Both the position numbers and the translations under genes were made by a program. Below are positions 14,101-26,145 of a stretch of DNA of 64,000 nt, piece after piece; position 1 is the stretch's first letter, and every line of letters begins with the position of its first letter. Source of the stretch: Camelus dromedarius (lineage: Eukaryota); assembly GCF_036321535.1 (NCBI RefSeq), contig NC_087436.1:52516001-52580000 (forward strand), read 5' to 3'. The notes under the pieces were generated by a model. The model was given only the letters and a program-made list of their open reading frames with translations. It was not told where the DNA came from and made no database searches.

Positions 14101-15284
14101 GCTTTAAAATGCGGGGATTCTATCACATTAAGATATATTTTTTAAAGTTCTTCCAGGTCTCAAGTGCTCTAATTTTAAGTTACTGTCATTCAGTGTTTGT
14201 ATTGATCTAGAAAAAGTAAGATCAGTCTTCTTTAGTAGTGGATTTTCAGTGGACTTTAGACATAGACTAGGTAGGGAAAAAGATCACCAGAGAAGTTGCT
14301 GTTCATTATGAGTATGAGTGAAATTCTAACTTACAGACTATTTGTGAGTTACCTAGAAATGTAATTACAAAGCAAGTCTAAGAAGGTTGGAGTCGATAAC
14401 TTGATCATTTGAAAACAGGAGAAAATATGATACTTGATTTCTAGCCATAAAGTGAATTCTCCAATTTCTTGAAATTGTTACAATTAAAATAGTTATTTTG
14501 TTAAAACCCCAATAATGCTTCACCCTTTCATAACATAGGAAACTGGTGCTATGGTATCCCTCATGTGCTCTCAGTTGGAGTGTGTGGGTAGAGGGTGGAA
14601 TCAGGACAAGATGCCATCTGTTTCTCTTACAGCATCCCAAGAGCAGCACTATCTGGCTTGGCACAAGCAAAGCCATGAAGCGCAGGTCTTGTTAAATTTA
14701 TCTTTGATCATTCTGGAGATAAAGAGAGGAAAAATGCTACTTCACCATGTCCTGTGAAGACAAAACGATTCAGAATAAATTATTTTCCTCAATAGTGTAT
14801 TATGAGATCAAATCAGACCTAGAAGCAATTTACAGATAATACAGTAAAGCGTAACTGGTGGTTAGTTGTATCCTGGTCGATAAAACTTTCAACAGTGGTA
14901 GTTAGAGGAACTAATTCTTTTTCTACCGTATCAGAAGAGAAAGTTCCTATCTGCAGAATTTTTCAAACTGAGTAAATCTAAATTTTTATTTTTCAATTTT
15001 AAATAGTTTTAAAAGATTGAAAACATCCTTTAAAGCTTTAAGTCTAATATGAAAACATTTTATATCTGTGTTTATGTATGTGTATGACAGAATGAATGCT
15101 TGTTATTGATAAAAAAAAAAAAGGGTCATGTTTTGTCTCTTTCCTCATCCTAGGTACATAGGGACAAAGCATCTGTATATCTAATCACTTCACCCTGTTA
15201 ATATCATACCCTGTCAAAGGCAGAAAGCAGGTGCAGCAGGGGCACGTGGCTTTGCATGGAGCTACCTTCCTGTGGCCAGATGTC

Positions 15285-15515
15285 TGATGGTTAAAGATAT
15301 ATACTATGGAGTCAAGGGTGTCTGGACTAAAATGCCAGCTGTATCACTTCCTGGTGTATAATGTGGGCAAGCTGCTTACCAATTTTGAGCCTCAATGTCC
15401 TCTTAACATGATGATCTTAAAGGGACTGAGCTTTGTAGGGTCATTCTTAGGCTTAAACGAGATAGTCCACAGGGTACTTACATGTTACCTGACACATAGT
15501 GACAATCAGTATTTT
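15285..15515 (+). mobile_element. MIR SINE
   Basis: tggagtcaag...tgtgggcaagctgcttacc...tgagcctcaatgtcctc...ctgacacatagt. Confidence 0.8.
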
Positions 15516-16254
15516 TAGGGGTTGTTTGCCAGTCCTTGCCAAAACAGGGAATTCTCTCTGTTGAACAATATGAAGAGCTAATAATGGAGACATTAAGTGC
15601 ATGCTAATGGACTAAGATTGTACTTAGGGAAATCAGTGGCAAAATGTGTAGAAGGAAGGTGAGGAGGAAAAGCCTTACAGTGCATCTTAATCTTACCACA
15701 GAAGTAGCTCAAAGTTTGCCACCTCGTAGTTTGCCTGCAGTCATTTTACAGGTGTGAACTCACTGATCTCACTTGATGACTTGAGGAGGGCTGATGACAT
15801 TAGTAAACAGAAAAATGGGGGTTGCGGTTGAGTTCAACTGGTATCTTTTCCTTCTCTGCCCCACTCATTTCTCCATCATTTTCCCAACAGTAGAATTTCC
15901 ATTTGATCACTTCTCAGGGCTCCCCACTGACTTGTAGATAAGGTCCCAAGTCCCTGGCTTGATGCTCAAGGTCCTTTATGATCTGGCCTCCAGAATTTTA
16001 CCAGACAACGTCCATCATGTCCTGTCATGGCATACAGCAATCCAGCCAAACAGAACTGGTTATAGTCCTCTCAAATACCTCTCACTCCCCCACTTCAGAC
16101 CTTTGCCCAGGCTTTTTCCTCTTCCTGAGTGTACACATCACTTACTCTTCCAGCTCCAGCTCCTATGTCAACTCTCTCATGAAGTTTTCCTTGCTCATGC
16201 CAGTAGGCGGTCATCTTTTATCTTATCAACTCTTGCCCCAACTATTTTTTGTCC

Positions 16255-16506
16255 CTTAGCTTTCAAATTTTTTTAGCTGGAATCATAATAAGAAATGTAT
16301 TTTGCACTGACACACATTTTATTCAAATACACACACACTCTCCTAAACAAAAGTTTCATGAAACAATACTAGCCCTCATTAGTTGTAATATTACTCTAAT
16401 ACTGTCTCTTTTCTCTTTCATTTGGCAAAAGCTCTGACTGCAATCCATTAAATAGATTTAAATTACTCTTTACTTGCATCATGGCCTGGAGTTTGAAAAA
16501 CACTGG
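16255..16506. mobile_element. hAT-Charlie-like MITE following an L2-like fragment (about 15890-16250)
   Basis: Ends gctttcaaattttt / agtttgaaaaacactg resemble Charlie TIRs. Confidence 0.55.
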
Positions 16507-17470
16507 TCTGCACAACTCATACAGGATATTCTTTACTTTTGATTGTGTGCAGGCATTATGTTCCCTTCCAGAGGCAAAGCTGGGCAAGGGTGATGTGATG
16601 TGGTACAACATAGCGTCTTTTACAGTATCTAACTGTGCTTTTTATATTAGTTACCCAATAAGTGTGTGTGGAAGCAAAAACAGGCAAGAAAGAAGGAAAT
16701 AAGGAAGTAAGAGAAGGAGGCAAGAAATACGATAAATATCTCTGGAAATGTTGATTATGCTCAGAAATTAAGGTTGTTGCTATTAAGCAAGTCAACAGAT
16801 AGAGATCATTCAAGTTATTTGCAGGTTAGAGTTTCAGTCCAAGTGGGATATGCTTCTTTGAGTATCTACTCCCTCAACCTCAATTTAACCTTAGAAATTA
16901 GTGTTACATCATGGACACTAGGCCAAAAGGAAAGATAATGAGAACAAAATGCCTAACAGAGCAAAGGTAACCTCGTGCATGCTGTGTTCCTTTCCCTGCT
17001 GCATATTGCTGGGGGCGGGGGGTGCGCTGGGGGAGTGGAGGAAAGTAAGACCAAGGTGTGAATTGTATCTCGAGGTGAAAAAAGCTTTTGACTTGATTTC
17101 CGTAAAGCCTGTGAAAAGGCAGTTCTGTCATTCCCGTCTGTGCTGAACACTCTGTATGCGCTGAATACCTCAAGCAATTTCTTGTACTGCCTATAATAAA
17201 CAAAGTCAGCGCTAATGCTTCCAAGCCTGTCAAGTCTGTAAAATGAAACAGGAAGTACACTCTAGCTCATGACATCTGAAATACGGCTTTTCATTGACTT
17301 GCCAGCTTATTGCCTTTTCTCAGATTCAAAATTTTGGATGAAATTTAAATTTGAGAAGTCATATTAATGACATACATTTACTGTAATGACATACCCAGTT
17401 TGGGATTTGAAAGTAAGTCTTTGTTACTCAAAGTCCATCCTCTTAACTAATGTCGTACTGACTCTACATA

Positions 17471-17687
17471 CAGTTGACCCTTGAACAACGTGGGTTTGAA
17501 CTGCTTGGGTCCACTTACACATGGATTGTTTCGATAGTGTATACTACTGCTCCACAGTCTGAAGTTGGTTGAATCTTTGGATGCATAGAAACTTTTAATA
17601 GGAAGGGCTGACTATAAGTTATCCTCAGATTTTCGAATATGTGGAGGGTCTGCACCCCCAACGCTCAAGGTATTCAAGGGTCAACTG
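17471..17687. mobile_element. Tigger2-family MITE (TcMar), copy 2
   Basis: TIRs cagttgacccttgaa / ttcaagggtcaactg, with TA on the left. Internally similar to 5248-5460. Confidence 0.88.
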
Positions 17688-18630
17688 TTCTGTATACAGA
17701 TGAAGTAACATCATAAAAATAATGCTTCCCATGAACAGGAATACTTTTCCACATTCTTTGTAGACATTTGTTTGCTGTTTTTTGATCTTCAACTTAACAG
17801 TGAGTATACAGAGACAAGTCCAACAAATACAGGATTAAAAAGATTATACAATACCAATAAGTTACAGTAATATTGTGTGAAACAAATCTTTCCACAGATC
17901 ACTGAGTATTAAGTCCTATGTACTGCACTTTGAAAAAAATAATATTGCAATGGAAATTTTAAGAATTATAATAATTTTTTAAAAATTCTAAGATGTTGAC
18001 TTTCTATTGCCAAAAATTATTAAAAATAAATATATGATATACATAACAATGTATAAAATGTATCACCTTTACTTCTGTGTTTTTGATTATTACAATTGAG
18101 AGAAATAAATCATTTGAAAACACAGATTTATGGTGGCTCCATAGCCAAAAATGAAGATATGTTGCAATTGTTGAATTTCTTTAAAATTTATTGTCTTTTT
18201 GGAATATGTATATATATAAGTAGTATATATGTATGTATACATATACATATGTGTAGAGAGAGAGCAGACAGGAGAGAGAAAGAGGAAAATGCTATATACC
18301 AAGAAGAGATGTACTAATATGACATTTTAGTACTTAGTAACTTTAAATTAACATACTACAAAAACATTTAGCAGAATATCCACTGCCTAGAAAATGCCTA
18401 TTTAATTATTTCATCTGACAATGTTCATTTAGTTGGCTTAAGAATATTGTTAAATTTCACATTTACACGTTTACTCCTCCCCAGTTCTGTCAGATATTAT
18501 TTTACTATGGAACCACACATGGCTCCTGCCAGCCATCTTGAAAATTCATGCCATTGGTGAGAAGTAGATGGATTTAATGAATGAATACTGAACTCAAGGC
18601 TGAATTCATTATAATTAGAAAAATAACTCC

Positions 18631-18675
18631 ATTGTAAATCAATTATACTTCAATTAAAAAATTAAAAAGAAGAAA
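18631..18675 (+). mobile_element. Ultra-short L1 3' tail insertion with TSD
   Basis: attgtaaatcaattatacttcaattaaaaa plus A-tail, closely matching the L1 end near 33044-33072. Flanked by agaaaaataactcc / agaaaattaattcc. Confidence 0.8.
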
Positions 18676-18825
18676 AGAAAATTAATTCCAAACCCATACC
18701 CTGCTGCAGCAGTATACATACAGTTTACTTTATACTAGTCTAGTCTGTTGATTGGCAAAATAAATGTAAATTTTAATGTAACTACTTTAACGCAATTTAC
18801 TTTTTTCCCCAAATCAAAAATACAG

Positions 18826-18957
18826 AACCTCCTGCTTCATCACCATCGACAAACTCTACAATAACCTCTACAGTAACCTCTACACCCATGCCAACATCAC
18901 GTGAGGTGACATTGACAAGTCCTGCTGGGAAATCAACAGGTGGAACGACTCCTAAAG
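18826..18957 (+). CDS. EMCN: EMCN exon 2 (132 nt, phase 1-1), mucin domain
   Basis: tacag|AACCT...CCTAAAG|gtagga. Open frame xPPASSPSTNSTITSTVTSTPMPTSREVTLTSPAGKSTGGTTPK; the GTTPK(G) ending matches recalled endomucin. The acceptor position is less certain than the donor. Confidence 0.88.
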
Positions 18958-20984
18958 GTAGGATTAATTCTTCATGAAATTTACTCTAAATTTAGCAAAT
19001 AAAGTTAGTAGCACCTTTATTATTTAATCATAGGAAAATAATTTGGGATCTTTTATCTGTTGTTTGGATGGTCTGTGCTATTTCACTATTTTGAAATTCA
19101 TGTGTTATTTTGTGTTGACTACAAAACCCTGAGATCACAGTGGGTTTCTTTGATTACATCCCTTTGGATTACTTCCTGTTTGAGAATGATCGTAGTGTGA
19201 ATGTTACATATACAAAGTTTATTTTTAGAGAAAAAAATGATCATTCCTCAGTCATAAAAATACCTTTCTAAATATTCCAGTTCTCCACTTAAGCAGCACA
19301 GCTAATAAGGTGAAACTTTATTAATAACAGACTGATTTTATTAGTTACATTAGGCTGATAATAGATTTAATTTATAAACCTCAGTAGCAATGTCATCATG
19401 ATTGCTACTGGACTGAGTGACAACTGTATCATATTTTATGGCCCTTGGTATTAAAGGGATGGCCTTATTATCCATGAAAATACAATGAGCCATTAGGATC
19501 AGTCAATTAAAAACTTCAGGGGTTATCAATTCTGTGCAAACTGCATTGTCAATCCTGCAACACATAAAATGAGGCATATCATTCAGGTCTAGTAATCAGC
19601 GGAGGGGGGCAACAGAAGTGTTTATGGATTGCCTATGGGCAGAGACCTGGTTAGCAGCTGAGGTCACAGAAAGATCTGAAAAACAAACACCCTAATGAAC
19701 TGACATTCCCACTGCTGACTTCCTTGCCTCTCTATTCTTCATTTAACTTTTGTTCTAAGACATGCAGATGACTGATGAGGGCTAGCTCACTGGACTCAAA
19801 TGGGATGGTGATTCATGGAGAAAAACGGTGTTATGAATAGAGTCCATTATTTCTGAAATGTCTAATTCTAACGTGAAGACAAACCAATTCTCCTTAGAAC
19901 TTCTCTACCAAACCAGCAGAAAGCAGTACACAGTGAGGGCAGCACAGGGGATTTTATTCTCAGAATGTGGTACACATTTTGTTGCCAACCAAGAGAAAGT
20001 CCAAATGACACAATCAGGAAACCAGGGCCCACGAGGCCTCTAGCCAACACCGTGCATACTGTGTTTTATATTTTATTTAAAAAAATTGTCTAAGCCCTAT
20101 ATTCCCAGAGTTTAAGTGGTGGTATTCTAGTGCTTTTACAAGGTGTAACTATTTGCTCCCTCTTGCTCTCTCTCTCCTTCTCTCCCTCTCTTTTTGTGAG
20201 TTGCCAGTTGAGTCCTTGGCATAAAATTGCACTAATCTGGTAAAAGTATATTACTTGGCAATCAATCATATGTTCCCAAAAGTACCAATACAGAGAAGGC
20301 AGGTGCTGACCCTGCATGAACACCCAAAGGGTTGAAGTTCAACAATTTTTATATTAACTACTTGGAAATTATGTTTTCTCAGTGGGAAGATCTCTAGTCC
20401 TGCCTACAGTGATCTATGGTGAATAACATTGTCCAAATAATAACACAAGTCCTAATCACTATGTTCAGTGACCGGGAAAGGGCAGAGGTGGGGGGCTCGG
20501 GCTCGGTGAATGAATTCGGAATTGTCATTTTTGGTACCAGAAGTGCATTATACTGCTCTGACTTGGAAGGGAAACTCTATACCTACTCATGTAAAAGATA
20601 ACTGGGGAGACTTTCTATCAGCTTGACCACGGGTGGCTCCTGCAGTGGGGCACTGAAGCACCTTTCTCTGAAACAAGTGTGCATTCAAAATCATGTACAC
20701 ACACACACATGTTTCTCCTAATTCATTTTGGGGGGCACTTTTACTACTTTATGTTAATTAATAAAAACTAAACTCTGGTCTGTCTGTATTATTCAAAAGT
20801 TCTCCAGATGAGTTTCAAATTATTCAAATTCAATTGTAAAAATTGTAATAGGTCAGAGCAGATTTTCTTTTATTATTTTTGTTATAAAAACGTCCAGATG
20901 TACCCACCAGCAGAGAGTACTGGAATTCATTTCCATGCCCATCTCTCAGAATCAATACTTATCAAGATTTTACCCCCTTTGCTT

Positions 20985-21150
20985 CATTTTTCTTTTTCTT
21001 TCTCCTTCTTTCCTTCCTCCCTTCCTCCCTTTTTTCTTCTTTCTTTCCTTCTCCCTTCCTCCTTTCCTTTCTTTCTCCTTCCTTTTTTACTTCTTTCCTT
21101 GCTTGCGTCCATTCTTCCTTTTTTCCTTTCTCTCTCTTCTTATTTCCTTT
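20985..21150. repeat. CT-rich low-complexity tract inside an old L1-like fragment
   Basis: Degenerate (TTCC/TTTC)n polypyrimidine sequence. Confidence 0.85.
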
Positions 21151-24100
21151 TCAAATATTTTGAAGGGAATTCAGATTTTTGCCATTTTACCTCTGCACAC
21201 TAAGAGTGCATCACAACAAATAAGGTCAATTTATTACAAAGCTACAATGTTGTTATCAAATCTCCCAAAGTAATAGTAATGCATTAATATCATTTAAACT
21301 CCATTTCTGAAGGTTTTAAGGGTTAAAATCTGGTAACCATGAATATAGCAGTGGGAGCGGGGTGAAGGGAAGGAAATGAGGACGTTCTGGGGTCTCAGGA
21401 AACTAGCTGAGAGAGCAATCGATGGTGGAGGACAGATGAAGATAAAGGGGACAAAGGGCAGGCTCTGATGCCCACGAGCGACTGCGGTCCAGGAGGAGAG
21501 ACAGGTCCAACGTGGTGGAAGTGGGGTGTGGAGCCCGGCAGCTGGGGGTCCGCTGTGCTTGTAGGAAAATAGAGGAACAAGCAGGAGGAGAGAGGAGAGA
21601 AAGGAACTACTTTTTATCTGGCTTACTTGATCACCATTTGTGTATGAAGAGTGTAGGTGAGTTGGGTTTTGTATACGGATATTGCCCAGGTTCCTAAAGA
21701 CTATGATTAAAGCACAGGTAAGGAAGAACATGGAAATATGTCTCAAACACTCATATTCTAAGCAGTATATCACTATATATGGCTTTCTGGCTTCAAGCTT
21801 GTGAGGAGTTTACATTTGGGGGAGTTTTATACATTGTCTCATCCTCCAAGATCACCACTTTTAGACTGTGCAATAATACCACAAAAAGTATACCTATAGT
21901 GAAATGATTCTTTATTGCCCCTTGCTCATGGCCACCATGATCATTTAAGAGACAATCAAATGATTTACTATGCCCCCCCTCCAAAATACAACGTGGAGAA
22001 GCTTCTTTATTTTCATTTTAAGGTTTCCCACTCAGATTTTAAGGATCAAAAGTCATTTGATTAACTAGTGCTTATGTCTATCTAAAACATGTACATTTTC
22101 TTCCTTCTGACGATGGCAGAAATTCTACCGTCAGAAAAGTAGAAAATGTGCGGCTGAGATGGGACTTCTCACAGCAGCGCAGTCACAGTGGCAGAGGTGA
22201 CTGACAGAGCTTTGCCCAGAGCAGAGCTTGATTTCAAAGGTTCACCCAATTAGAGAGATGGGACTTGATCTCTTTCTAGATGTGTATCAAGTGCTCTTCC
22301 CATTTTGTTCTAAGGCCAAGTAGCCAGAGTTGAAATCAACATTTGGCAGACACTGAATATCATCATCATGAAATGGACTTCAAAGATTTAGCAATAAACC
22401 CAAAATGTCATTCTTGAAATGTAATTATGATTCAGCTCAATTTTTAAAACAATGAACAGTCAAAAAAATTTAATGAGCTGAATTATAACGCAGAAATAAA
22501 ACTTTCTCAGCACTGATACTTCAGAATTTTGATACTAAATAGATACTCAATTTCAGCTGAGGTCAGTAGAGCGGCCAGGTATTTTTGGCCATCTCTCCCA
22601 TACAGGGTGCCAGTTAACTAAGAGAAGACTACAAAGAACAGACTTTTAAAAGACATTCTTATAAATTTTCTTATATGATTCATGGGGGAAAAATAAGTTT
22701 AGGGACCTCATTTTTCTCATGTCTTTCTTCTTTTATCCACTATCTTTATATTCTTTGTTAAGTTTGAATTGAAGATGAACTACCTGGGATATCTTTGTAC
22801 ATGACTTTTTTTTGGTTTTTCCTTTTCATAGAATGTTGAAGTGATAAAGTTGACATTTTACTTTTAGTTTATCTTCTAATGATATGAAATGTTTACAAAT
22901 TAGACATTCTTAAAACCCTTGTGTCCTAAAATGGAATTAAATATAGCTCTAAAAGATTATATTGGAAAGTGTTATGAATGATAGCTTACTAGACAATTTT
23001 ATAGAGAGTAGAATTATAATATTCTTTTAATTTAATCTTTTATAAATATTTGTTGACTCAAAATGATATAATACCCCTAAAGATTTATATAGCCATAGCA
23101 TTTCTTAATGTTCATATTAAATTCAGTCTATTTCTTTCATTAACTACTTTATAGTATTTAATCATTGTTTTGTGCATAAAATTAACAGAACTCACAAATT
23201 TCAATAGTTACTGCAACATTCTAATTTTGCAATAATAAGGATGCATTTATACTATAGAATTTTAACATATTTAGCACATAAGAAGAATTTCACTAAAAAT
23301 TATATGTGGAATGCTTGCCCGTATTTGAAAGTGAATATTCATACATTAATAACAAATTCAAAATAAATTGTGTCCTGTTTATGTTCTCAATACTGTTACA
23401 CTGATTGGATCTAGAGATCATCAGCAACATCACAAGATCACTGTTCACACACAAGTTCAGGAGCACCAGAAATGTATAGCCACTTAGCTATTCCGTTTTC
23501 TAAAGACCAAAGCTGAAACTGAAGCCAAATACAAGACTTGAGCTGAATACTTGTGCCAAAGCTCAACTTTGTTACATCTCTTCCCTGTATCAAACATGAA
23601 GTCAGGATCTTTTAGACCAAGGTCTAAAAGAAAAGGGTCAAGGGCTTCAGAAACTCAAAGATTCTACACATCTGACATTTTTTTCTATTTACCATTATGT
23701 GTCCTAATTATTTCCTGTAATCATCTCTGTGTCTTGAATTTTTAAGAAATATAGGACACGTATGCCAGTAAAACTCATGGCAGGGTGATTGTAAAAATTC
23801 AATTAAGTCTGTTACTGGTACCAAGAACCCAAGAGTAGTGATGAAGTGAAAACAAAAACACCATGTCTGGGTGGAGGGGACACTTCATTTATACCATTAA
23901 CATATTTACCTTAAGATGTTGGGATCATGTGAGCGGGCAATGCAAAAATCTCAAACCTAAGCTTTTAAGGATAATGATTCCTTTGTTGATTTCTTCTTTT
24001 ACAATACAATCACATTTGGGTGTAGAAAACTTTTAGGAAATCTCAAGTGTTTTGATACCCTCCACATTATAATTCATAGAATCTGCTTATTACAGCACCT

Positions 24101-25172
24101 TTCCATTGCTGTAATAACCTATAATCCCTAAAAGCAGTGAGGACAGAAGAGTGAGCAGTAGACAAAACCTTCACCACCTGCTTAGAAGCATTTGTCCTCA
24201 ACAGTCCTCCAAAGTTCTTATCTTCCTCTTACGATCTTTAGTTTATTCTGACATCCAGTTCCAGCCAGCTTACCCTTGAAAACGCTCCTCTAGACTAGGG
24301 TTTGAAAGTATTAGGTAAACCGTGCAGATCCAGATAGTTCCTCCCTCATGCATATATATAAGAACCAAGATTCTATATATGCCACATAGTAAAAATGGCA
24401 CCCTTGCCCCTAATCACAAAGGGACATGCTAACGTGTGTTAAGAAAAAGGGGAATGCTGACTATTACGGGTATCAAACTGGTAAGTTGTGTTCACTACTT
24501 AAAGTAGATCTCTGTCCTTGTGTTGGTCCTCCTGTCCTGTGTGAGTGCCACCTCATCTGAAACAATGTTTACTACATGCTCACCGTATGCCAGGAATGAC
24601 TCTTCATATGACTCAGAATAAAAAGATGACTAAGAGTTAGATACTTCCCTTAAGAGTCCAGTAGAGGGCCTTGTACAGAGTGGGAACTCAATTGTTTCAT
24701 AAGTGAAAAAATTAATTAATTACAGGAGTTTGTAAGTTCTTTTATGATTTATGTTTATTTGGAAGTTTCAGGTCATAACTAAGTCAACAAAATGAAATTA
24801 ATTTTGAAAAAAGAAGGCACATTACTCCTATGTCCTATTGATCAGGTCATTGAAAAATAAAATTATTTTAACTCATTCATTTTTTACAATTTTTTTGCAT
24901 ATTTAAAGATACCCAGGTAACAATATGCAGTGAAAATTTGCTTTTGGGTCTACTATACAAAAATGTGTGTGTGTGTATGTGTTTTCATAGAGCCACCCAA
25001 GCATTCAGCCCTTATATACTTACGTTCCTCACTTTGACCAAAAGAAGCTAGAAAATGGCAAAATTAAAGACAAAGGCTTACCCACCTTTAGGTTTGACTT
25101 ACTTTTATTTATTCCATGATAGGGGAGATGAAACTGCAATTAATAATAATGTCATCTATCTTATCAAACTAG

Positions 25173-25256
25173 GAACTACCAACAAGGAATCCTTAAAAAC
25201 ACCTCCAAAACCACCAACAATAGTTTCTTCATTAACCACAACAGTTAAAGATGAAG
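25173..25256 (+). CDS. EMCN: EMCN exon 3 (84 nt, phase 1-1), with non-canonical donor
   Basis: actag|GAACTACC...AAAGATGAAG|atgagt. Encodes GTTNKESLKTPPKPPTIVSSLTTTVKDE, homologous to the endomucin segment ending KDE. The donor reads AT, not GT, so inclusion is uncertain. Confidence 0.75.
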
Positions 25257-25281
25257 ATGAGTAATGCTTTGTTTTGCCACC

Positions 25282-25810
25282 TTTTTTTAATGTGTATAGT
25301 TCACATACCATAATAGTCACCTTTTTAAAGTATATGATTCAGTGGGTTTTAGTATATTCACAAGATTGTGCAACCATCACCGCTATCTAATTCCAGAACA
25401 TTTTCATCCCCCCAAGAAGAAACCCTGCATCTATCACCAGTCCCTCCCCATTTACCCTTCCCCCCAATTCTTAGAAACCACTAGCCTACTTTGTGTCTCT
25501 ATAGATTTATTTACCTATTCTAGAGATTTCACATAAATAGAATCATATGATATGTGATCTTTTGTGTCTGGCTTCTTTCACTTAGCATAATGTTTTTAGG
25601 TTCAACCATGCTATAACATGTATCTGTAGTTCATTCTTTTTTTATGACTGAATAATATTTCATTGTGTGGCTATACCACATTTTACTTATCTATTTCTTA
25701 ATTGATGGACATTTGAGTTGTTTCTGTTTTTTTGCCTGTTGTAAATAATGCTGCTAAGAACATTCATGTACAAGTTTTCAGGTACCCATGTGTTTTCATT
25801 TCTCTTGAGT
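25282..25810 (-). mobile_element. L1MB-like 3' end, about 25 nt downstream of exon 3
   Basis: ttcacataccataat...gtgcaaccatcacc.ctatctaattccagaacattttcatc...ggcttctttcacttagcataatg, typical of an L1MB 3' UTR in antisense. Confidence 0.85.
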
Positions 25811-25814
25811 ATTT

Positions 25815-26145
25815 TCAAAAATTAATAAACAGAAACCTCAGTTAAATAGAGTTGATGCACCAAGAGGGGGAGCTCTCACACCTTGGGACAACAGTGGGAC
25901 AATAGCTGAGCTCAATAGAAAGAAGACTCCTTTTCTTTCCTGGCAAGGAGTCAGCCAATACAAAGCCATGGACTCTTTGTTCATTGTTGCCCTCCCAACT
26001 TCTTTTTCCCCATCTATAAAAGTGTTCTTCTTCCCTTGTCATGGGGGAACTTGCATGTTTGCAGACCTTGAATTGCAATTCTCTTCTGATCCCAAATAAA
26101 CACATCTTTGTTGGAGAAATATTTAGCAGTCTGTTTGTTTCCGTT
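25815..26145 (+). mobile_element. ERV-type solo LTR
   Basis: CCAAT, TATAAAA and AATAAA in LTR order over about 330 bp, lying between L1 segments. Confidence 0.65.

Noticed and set aside
25257..25264. U12-type AT-AC intron
   Set aside because: The donor is ATGAGTAA, not ATATCCTT. No TCCTTAAC branch site precedes exon 4, and the nearby AC (35297-35298) would be out of frame.
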